Below are positions 1-7,500 of a DNA stretch of 15,569 bases, piece after piece. A program made the position numbers and the translations under genes. Under the pieces are notes generated by a model that saw nothing but the letters and a program-made list of their open reading frames with translations, was not told the DNA's origin and did not search any database. The first letter of the stretch is position 1, and every line of letters starts with the position of its first letter. The stretch covers positions 1-15,569 of the forward strand of contig CDMY01000849.1 in assembly GCA_001179505.1 (NCBI GenBank), in the 5' to 3' direction. The DNA comes from Vitrella brassicaformis CCMP3155. Taxonomy: Eukaryota > Protista > Chromerida.

Positions 1-335
1 AGGGGCTCGCCGAAGGCCTCACGCATCTTCTCATCGACAAAGGAAGCCGTGGAGGGCACGGCAGGGCCAGCAGAGGGGGAGACGGCATCCGATTCATCAT
101 CATCATTGCTAACGGCCGGGTCCGCGGGATACGCAAAATTCGTGCACGTGCCGCGCTTGCAATTGACACAGTTAGTGCAGAGGCGCTTGTGCTTCCGGCA
201 GTCACACTTCCGGCTGCATGTGGACAGCGCAGACGTCCCTTTCGCGTTGCATGCGCAACAGGGGGGCCCGCCGCCGTCTCGCGGGATGAGGGTCACTGGG
301 GGGGGTTGGGTGTAGTCCGATACAGGCTCCCTCAT
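1..335 (-). mobile_element. 5' end of a Cys-rich ORF running off the left edge; possibly the N-terminus of an RLE-type (CRE-like) non-LTR retrotransposon ORF
   Basis: ATG at 335 follows an in-frame stop and the frame stays open to base 1: MREPVSDYTQPPPVTLIPRDGGGPPCCACNAKGTSALSTCSRKCDCRKHKRLCTNCVNCKRGTCTNF...FVDEKMREAFGEP. No introns, unlike most host genes here. The CCxCN...CxC...CxxC...CxN cluster followed by D.KM..AFG resembles, from memory, N-termini of CRE-like elements. A CXC/tesmin-like host protein is the alternative. Confidence 0.45.
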
Positions 336-503
336 CCGAAAAGGAGGAGAAACAGCCGAGAAATAACCGACTCAATCATTGGGGGCGTATAGCTAAGCCC
401 ATTAATGATAGCAGCTTGTACAACATATATATATACATATATGCTGCTATCGACCCACATCTTTGCAGATGCCTACCGCCTCATCTTGGCCTCTGATGCT
501 GCT

Positions 504-539
504 GCTGCACTTGCTGCACTTGCTGCACTTGCTGCACTT
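504..539. repeat. 9-bp tandem repeat (GCTGCACTT)x4
   Basis: Four exact copies at 504, 513, 522 and 531, preceded by GCT triplets. Confidence 0.95.
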
Positions 540-599
540 GCGCATTGCCTCTAACTGCAAAAACAGAAAAGAAAATGAATGATACACTGCTTTTTTACA

Positions 600-652
600 T
601 ACGTATACGTCGATCATTCTTTTTCTATCGTACGTGCTTACGTATACGTCGA
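600..652. repeat. 14-bp direct repeat TACGTATACGTCGA x2, each containing the palindrome ACGTATACGT
   Basis: Copies at 600-613 and 639-652, in the intergenic region upstream of the ATG at 747. Confidence 0.9.
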
Positions 653-746
653 GTCGAACCAACAGAGGCAAACGACACACTTAAGTCAATCACTCAGTCA
701 CTCACTCAGATCAATCAATCAATCATTGAGTGACAGTTGAGTGACG

Positions 747-1704
747 ATGTTGGGCGGTGTGTTCCAGTCTGCCTCGGGTGCCATTCCTGAACGCGCTGCC
801 AACAAAATGAGGAACCCCATGTGCTGCCTGGCTGTGTGTCAGTTGCTCTGCTGCATCTACTACTTCTGCTGCGTACAGACAGACAGACAGACAGACAGGG
901 CAGAGAGGGATGAGTGTGTTGTGTCTGTTGTGTTGCTGTGTGGCAGGAGATTCCCCAGCCGTTCGTGGTGATGTCTCTGGCGCTGACGGTGACCGTGGCG
1001 TGGTGCAACAATGCCTTCTGGGCGTCCGTGGCCGTCTGCGGAATGGCCTGGCTCGCCGCATGAGGAGTCAACACAAGAGAGAGACACCAAAGATGGCTGC
1101 ACGGATGGATGGATGGATGGATGTGTGTGTGTGTCCTTACGTCAGCATGAGTCTGTTGCTGAGCATGAGCATTGGGCCGGCGTCACTCCTCTTCGCTCTC
1201 GCGGACGGCACACTCCGTCAGCTGAATGAGACACTCACAATTTATCCAAGTGTGATCGATGTGTTTCTGTGCATCAACCAGATGGCGTGCTGATGGTCTG
1301 TTTGGAGGCGCTGAGCATCTTGACGTCTCTGCTGCTCATTCTGCTGTGCGGCTGCATCAACAGCAACTTCAGCCAGATCGGATTTGCGGAGCGCGTGATG
1401 TGCGGTGAGCAGCAAGGCGGGGGCACATCGATTCGATGGCCGCATGTCTCTGTGTGTGTGTGTGTGTGTGCAGCGTTCACCCCGCGGGACTTTTGGTATC
1501 CATCGATCGTCGACACCGCGGCCTCTGACACCACGGCCGACTCAGACAGACCAACGGTCAGACAGAGAGAGAGAGTGAATGCGTGTGTGTGAGCACTGTT
1601 CTTGTGGATGAGTGAGTGTGAGTCCATTTCAGGTACCATTCAGCGGACCCGCCAGACGACTGGGCGACGAGAGCGACAAACACTTCCCACCTGGACGCGT
1701 CTGA
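747..1704 (+). CDS. Hypothetical Cys-rich 4-TM membrane protein (~183 aa) with a degenerate SHP-like C-terminal motif
   Basis: Exons 747-872, 947-1023, 1146-1216, 1282-1404, 1474-1556 and 1633-1704, with all introns GT-AG and phase-compatible. The product has four hydrophobic segments and a polar tail ending VPFSGPARRLGDESDKHFPPGRV*. The donors at 1024 and 1217 are the least certain. Confidence 0.7.
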
Positions 1705-2108
1705 GCTGATCTGAACCGCCACAGAGAGTGCAATGAACCAAACACACAGAGAGACCAGCAGCATGCACCACACACTGACCAACTGACACACTGACGAACT
1801 GACAGATGCGTGAACCGATTCAACGTGACCATCAGATGAACGTATCCGTAAAATATATTATCGTCAAGACAAACATCAATCCATCCATCCGCGACTGTGT
1901 GATGTTTTCGACGGACCGATCGCCAAGTGATCACTCTTCCGCACATGTCGATGTGCGGACGGAAAGTGACCACCCGCCGCACCGCCCGGCCGCGCACATC
2001 TCACAGCCTCATCAAACAACCATACTGTCAACCAACCACCGAATCGATACACACCACCCCCTCGCTCATTGTATGCTGTACAGGTACCTCACACACTCAA
2101 TTCTCCAT

Positions 2109-2624
2109 TCACAGTTTGCCGTGCAGCAGCTTGCGCGTAGCGATGAGTCGCAGCATCGGCCACTCGTGCCTCAGGAAGCCCACCCCATAGGCATCCAGCA
2201 GCCGCCGCTTGTATGAATCTATCACACCCGGCAGTCGCGACTGCTGCAGGTCGGGAGGCAAACCAGACAACACACTCGCCTGCACACAGACAGACAGCCA
2301 GACACATAGACAGACATAGCACACACACACAACTCCGTCAGCTCATGTGCGTACCTGCCGTTGGAGCCATTCTTTGACGGCCATCTGTTTCTTCTCCTCC
2401 TGGCTGCCCGCAGCGTCGATGGGCATCGGGCCGTACGAGTTCTTGATGGTCTTGGGCGCTTTGGTGTCGCGGCCGCGACGCTTGATGTGAGGCGGAAACT
2501 GCTGAAGGTTCTGCGTGCCTGATCCGGCTCGGCTGAAGGGAGGAGGGGCGGGAACGGGCAGATGGAAGAGGGGCAGGCAAGAGCGAAGAGCTGGAACGGG
2601 CCGCCGTGAGCAGAGAAGCTCCAT
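2109..2624 (-). CDS. Hypothetical basic protein (~146 aa), possibly with a mitochondrial-type presequence
   Basis: Exons 2624-2355 and 2279-2109, joined by a phase-0 intron (CAG|gtacgc...tgtgtgcag|GCG). The N-terminus MELLCSRRPVPALRSCLPLFHL is Arg/Ser/Leu-rich and nearly free of acidic residues. No family recognised. Confidence 0.6.
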
Positions 2625-2805
2625 TCTTTCAGATCTCGTGCAGTTCAGGCCAGCTGACGCCTGCAAGACTGCTAAAAGGCCCAGAAACGTACAGAAACGT
2701 GCTGGGAAGATGTGACTCTTGATGATTCAAGCTCGCAGATGCGGTCGCTGCTGCCCGACGGTCGAACAGGAGCTTCGGCTGGACGGGCACACACCGTTGC
2801 TCGCG
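2625..2805. promoter_or_regulatory. Putative bidirectional promoter (hypothetical gene / ALG10)
   Basis: 181 bp between divergent ATGs. Contains AAGCTCGCA (2729-2737) and a tandem CAGAAACGT pair. Confidence 0.55.
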
Positions 2806-4339
2806 ATGGTAAGCAAAGCATTGATGGAAATCGTTTCGTCTTCACAATATCTTGGTTGTGAATTGTGTGTGGCTCTCGCAGGCGGCCTTCATCGACGATT
2901 CCGGTGCTCTGAGTCTGCTGGGGCTTGCGGCCGTCCGCATTGTAGTCTTTCGGCTGGTCAGCAGCCAGGTGCCCCGGCCCTACATGGATGAGATCTTCCA
3001 CGTGCCGCAAGCACAGCACTACTGCATGGGCAGCTTCAGCCAATGGGACCCCAAGATCACCACCTTCCCAGGCCTCTACCTCATCGCCGCTTCCTTGTCG
3101 CCCGCATTCCGGCTCATGAACTACATGGGCGGCGCGGCAGACGACAGCCCCTTTGATTCGGTGGTGTGTTCGACCGGCCAGCTGAGGTCGGTGAATGCCT
3201 ATGTGCTGGGCCCGCTGTGTGACCTCCTGGTGTTCTGCATCCTCTCGCGCACCTATGTTGTCAAGGGCGGCAGCGTGGCCCTCCGGCTGATCCGCGTGGC
3301 CCTCTTCCCACCCCACTGGTTCTATCAGCTGCTCTTCTACACCGACACGGCGGCCACGGCGACTCTGCTGCTCGCCTACTATCTCTACCTGTCAGACCGG
3401 CCTCGTCTGAGCGGCCTGGCTGGCTCGGTGGCCGTCATGTGCCGGCAGACCAATGTGGTGTGGGTAGCGGGGATGGCCGGCCTCATTGCGTGGGACGCAC
3501 TCACCGACGAAGAGAGGAGGGCGCTGCCGATGTCTTTGCTGAGGAGGGGGAACGGGGGGGAGGGGGAAGGTTGGCCTTTGTGTAGGGTGCTGCATCGGGT
3601 GTGGCTGCATGCCGCTGTCTGTGCGGCGTTCCTCGCCTTTGTTGTCTTTGTGAATGAGGGCAGCATTGTGGTTGGGGACCGGTCGCATCACAGGCCGGTG
3701 TTGCACTGGGCGCAGCTGCCTTACCTCTATGCTTATCTCGTGTGCTTCCTGCTGCCGCCTGTCGTGTGTGCAGCTGCCGGTGAAATGATAATGGTTAAGA
3801 AGGAAGGCGGCAAGAAAGAAATACCAGTGAGGACGACAGAGGCATCAAAGGATGCGACCAGGGTGCTTGTGTCGGTCAAGAGGGCTTTATTCGCCTGTAC
3901 AGTCTTTCTCGTGTGCTATCTCTGTGTCCACCACGGCACCTGCATCCACCCCTTTTTACTCGCCGACAACCGCCATTTCGTTTTCTACCTGTGGCGGCGG
4001 CTTCTGCAGAAGCCTCTCGTCCGTCTGTACGCCCTGCCCCTCTCCCTCTCTGTCACGTCTCTATTCTCTGCCTCCATCTTCCCATCGTCCTGTCGGCTAA
4101 TCGAATGCATGTGCTTTGCCGCGTGCTGCGTGCTGACTTTGGTGCCGGCTCAGCTGCTCGAGCTGCGGTACTTCATGGTGCCTGCGATGCTGGTGCTGAT
4201 GCACCAGCGGCCGCTGGGGATGTGGGGCGAGGCTGGGGGGGTGGTGATGCACGCGGCGCTGTGTGCGGCGCTGGTGGGCGTGTTTGCGTACCTGCCCTTT
4301 GTGTGGGGCGATGGAACTGAGGCAAGATTCATGCTGTGA
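2806..4339 (+). CDS. ALG10: Dol-P-Glc:Glc2Man9GlcNAc2-PP-Dol alpha-1,2-glucosyltransferase (DIE2/ALG10 family), ~486 aa
   Basis: Family motifs PYMDEIFHVPQAQHYC, WDPKITTFPGLY, FYTD, RQTNVVW, GDRSHH, HPFLLADNRHFVFYLWRR and ELRYF, plus many TM segments. Model: ATG 2806-2808, intron 2809-2881 (gtaagc...tcgcag), exon 2882-4339. An in-frame upstream ATG at 2722 is an alternative start. Confidence 0.96.
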
Positions 4340-4581
4340 CGTGACTGGCTCGCTCTAGCGCGATCGCTTCCTGCCCTGCTGGTTGATGAAGTGATGTAAA
4401 ATACACACAGAGTATGCAGTCGATGACGAGTGCGTCAACACAAACACGGGGAGAGAGAGAGAGAGAGAGTCTCCCCGCTTGCACTGCAGGCCATGGATCA
4501 AAACATTCTCTGGTCTTGCGCACAGATACGCACCCATGCATAACATCGCATGGGGCCACCCAACCCACCCCACCCCAGCCG

Positions 4582-7500
4582 TCAGACGACAGAGTATCTG
4601 CCTGTGGTCTGAGCGCGAGAGCCCACGTTGAGCTCCCGCACCGCAATCGACTCGACAAGCCGACGAAGCTCGTTCCTGCAGCACACACATCACCACACAA
4701 GACAAGACAAGACAGGACACACAGAGATACACACATGATCCGATCCACTCTCTGTGCGGTTTACTTGGCGAGTTGTGTTGAGATGAGAGTGGGTCCGATG
4801 ATTTCGACGTAGAGCTTCTTGTCGCCGAAGGTGGGCTGTGCTCCCGAAGGGACGTACTGGCCCTTGATCTGGCAGGCAGTGCCCGTCATCTCCTTGACCT
4901 GCATCAACACCTCCTGCAACACACAGACAGACACAGACACACACGGACACGCGCAGTGGATGACATTCTGCTCATCTCCTCTCCTCCCCCCCCTCTCTCT
5001 CTGTGGGTGTGTCTGTGTGGGTACATTACCCTACCCTGTGTGTGAGTTTGTGTCTGGCTCTCTCCGGGTAGTCGTTGATTTCAAACTCTTCAACCACGTT
5101 GTTGGTGTGCGGGTCGCGGTAGGGCGTCACGCCGCTCGCACTGCCATACGGCAGCCCGTCGGCACCCGTCACAGCAGGAGGCGCCTGCATCGTCAACATA
5201 CCCGCAGCACCGGCCTGGATGCCCTGAGCCTGCAGCCTCTGAGCAATCTCCTGCGCAATCGCCGCTGCTGCTGGCGTGGCTGCTGTGGCCCCCGCGGCTG
5301 CTGCTGCTGCTGCCGCTGCTGCGGGTGTACTTGGGCCCTGCTGCTTGAGGATGGCCTCTGCACGCGCCTTGGCCAGGGCTGCGGCCTGGGTGACGTCGGC
5401 AACGGAGGCGCCGGGTGCGGCGACGTTGGCGAGCTGCTGCAGCTGTGCGGCTGGAATGCCAGCTGCGGCTGAGGGGAGTGGGGGGGCGGGGGAGGGGGCC
5501 AGGGGGTTCTCGATGTCCTCGGTGGGGAACTCCTCGCGCTCCTCTTCATTGTCACCGATGCCTGCAGCCAGCCATCCATCCACAGATCACATCAACTGTG
5601 CAGTTGTTTGTGCGTTCGGTCTCCTCTCTCTCTCTCTCTCTTGCCCTGGCTGCCCCCTGGCTGCCCGTACTGACCGAATGTCTTTTTGGCCTCCTGTCTC
5701 TCCTTCTGCTGTCGGCTCTTCTCGGCATCGGTGAACTTGAAGCCATGCCCACCGAAGCCGCCCTTCTTGTGCTTCCTCGCCAAGCCCATGTTGACCCGCA
5801 TCCGGTGCTCCTCGGCCAGGCGCGCCAGGTCGGCAGGCACCTCCTGCCCGCTCTGCTTGAGAGCCTTGCACAGGTCGTCGGCCTTGTCTTCCTCGTCTGG
5901 TGTGATGAAGGTGTAGGCCACCCCGACGTTGCCCGCCCGGCCGGTGCGGCCGATCCTGTGGACGTAGTCTTCGAGATGGTCTGGGGTGCTGTAGTTGACC
6001 ACTAGGACGACAGACTTGCAGTCCAGACCACGGGCGGCCACCGATGTGGCTATGAGGACGTTCCTTTCACCATTCTGAAGACCAGACCAAGCACAGACAC
6101 AAAGAGAGAGAGATGGGGGAGGGGGGGGCTGTGGGTACTCTTGCTTTGACCTTGAAGTCTTGGATGGTGAAGTCTCTGTCCGTCTGGTCCTGGCCGCCGT
6201 GCAGCACGCTAGTCGTCCCCCCGCCGTAGCCGTACTCCATGAGCTCCTTGAAGAGCTCGTCGGCCTCCACCTGCTTGCTCACGAAAACTATGATCTGCCC
6301 GTGGTCAAACCACTCGCCAAACAGCTGCAGCAACCTGCTCAGTGCATAAACAGATCCACACACACACACACACATACACAGACAGAGAGAGAGAGAGAGA
6401 GGGATACACAGACGCATTTGTCTCGTGTGTGTTGTGTTGTGTGCCGCACTTACCTGAGCAATTTCTGGTTCTCGGGTCTGACTTCGACGTACTGTTGGAT
6501 GTGCGCAGCGGTGCGGCCCTTCTCGCCGATGACGATCTCGATGGGCTTGTGCAGGATGCCCCGGGCGAGGGCCTCCACGTGGGTGGGGAAGGTCGCTGAA
6601 AACATGGCCGTCTGTCGGTCTGGCCGGATGTTCTCTGAGTGAGAACACACACAGACACACACACACAGAGGCAGGCACGAGTGTGTAGGATTGTGTGTGT
6701 GTGTCTGTGTAGTGGGGGTCATGCTCACTGGCGATTGCGGCGATCTGTGGCTCGAAGCCCATGTCGAACATGCGATCCGCCTCGTCCAGCACGAAGTACG
6801 TCACACGCTGACCGACACACAGACGTCGCACACGAACACACACAGAAGTCAAGGCCATGTGGTTCTCTCCCTCCCTCTGTGTGTGGTCGTTCTTTCTTAC
6901 CCTTAGGTTGGTGACTTTGCCGTTGCTCGTGGTCAGCACGTCAATCATGCCTGGGCCACACACACACACACGGATACACACACATTGCCGTGCACTCGTC
7001 CGTGTCTGTGTGTGCGTGTCTGTTGCCTACGTCCAGGAGTGGCCACGACGATCTCAGCGCCCCGCTTGAGCCTCGACAGCTGCTCGCCGATACCCGTGCC
7101 GCCGTACACGGCCAACTGCACACACATTCACAAGACGGACAAGATACGCATCCATCCTTCTGCTCGTGTGTGTGTGTCTGTGTGTGTGTCCTACGGCAGT
7201 GAGGTCGCAGACTTTGCAAAACCGGTTGACCTCCTGCCATATCTGCAGACACAACTCACGAGTGGGCGTCATCACCTACACACACACACACAGACACACA
7301 TCAATCAGAGGACGACACACGCGCCCCAATGACCCACCACAACTTGACTGACCCTCTGACTGACATCAATCATACCAGTGCAATCGGCCCATCTCCGTCT
7401 TTGAGCGGAGGCTGGTCGAGTATGTGCCGCAGCATGGGCAGCACGTAGGCCAGTGTCTTGCCTGAGCCTGTCTCAGCGATGCCGATGACGTCCCTGCCGG

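Noticed and set aside
447-680. Minus-strand 77-aa ORF with KCS repeats
   Set aside because: The repeats come from the 9-bp tandem array and the rest is low-complexity intergenic sequence with no recognisable domain.
1061-1063. In-frame TGA after a coding-looking stretch, suggesting selenocysteine or readthrough
   Set aside because: A GT donor at 1024 (gtccgt) has the right phase for the 1146 acceptor and removes the stop. Sequence after the TGA is intronic repeat.
1629-2216. ORFs 1629-1997 (-) and 1806-2216 (+)
   Set aside because: They lie between two convergent stops, in UTR-like repeat-rich sequence, with no convincing splice links or motifs.
2672-3316. 214-aa minus-strand ORF
   Set aside because: Antisense shadow of GC-rich ALG10 coding sequence.
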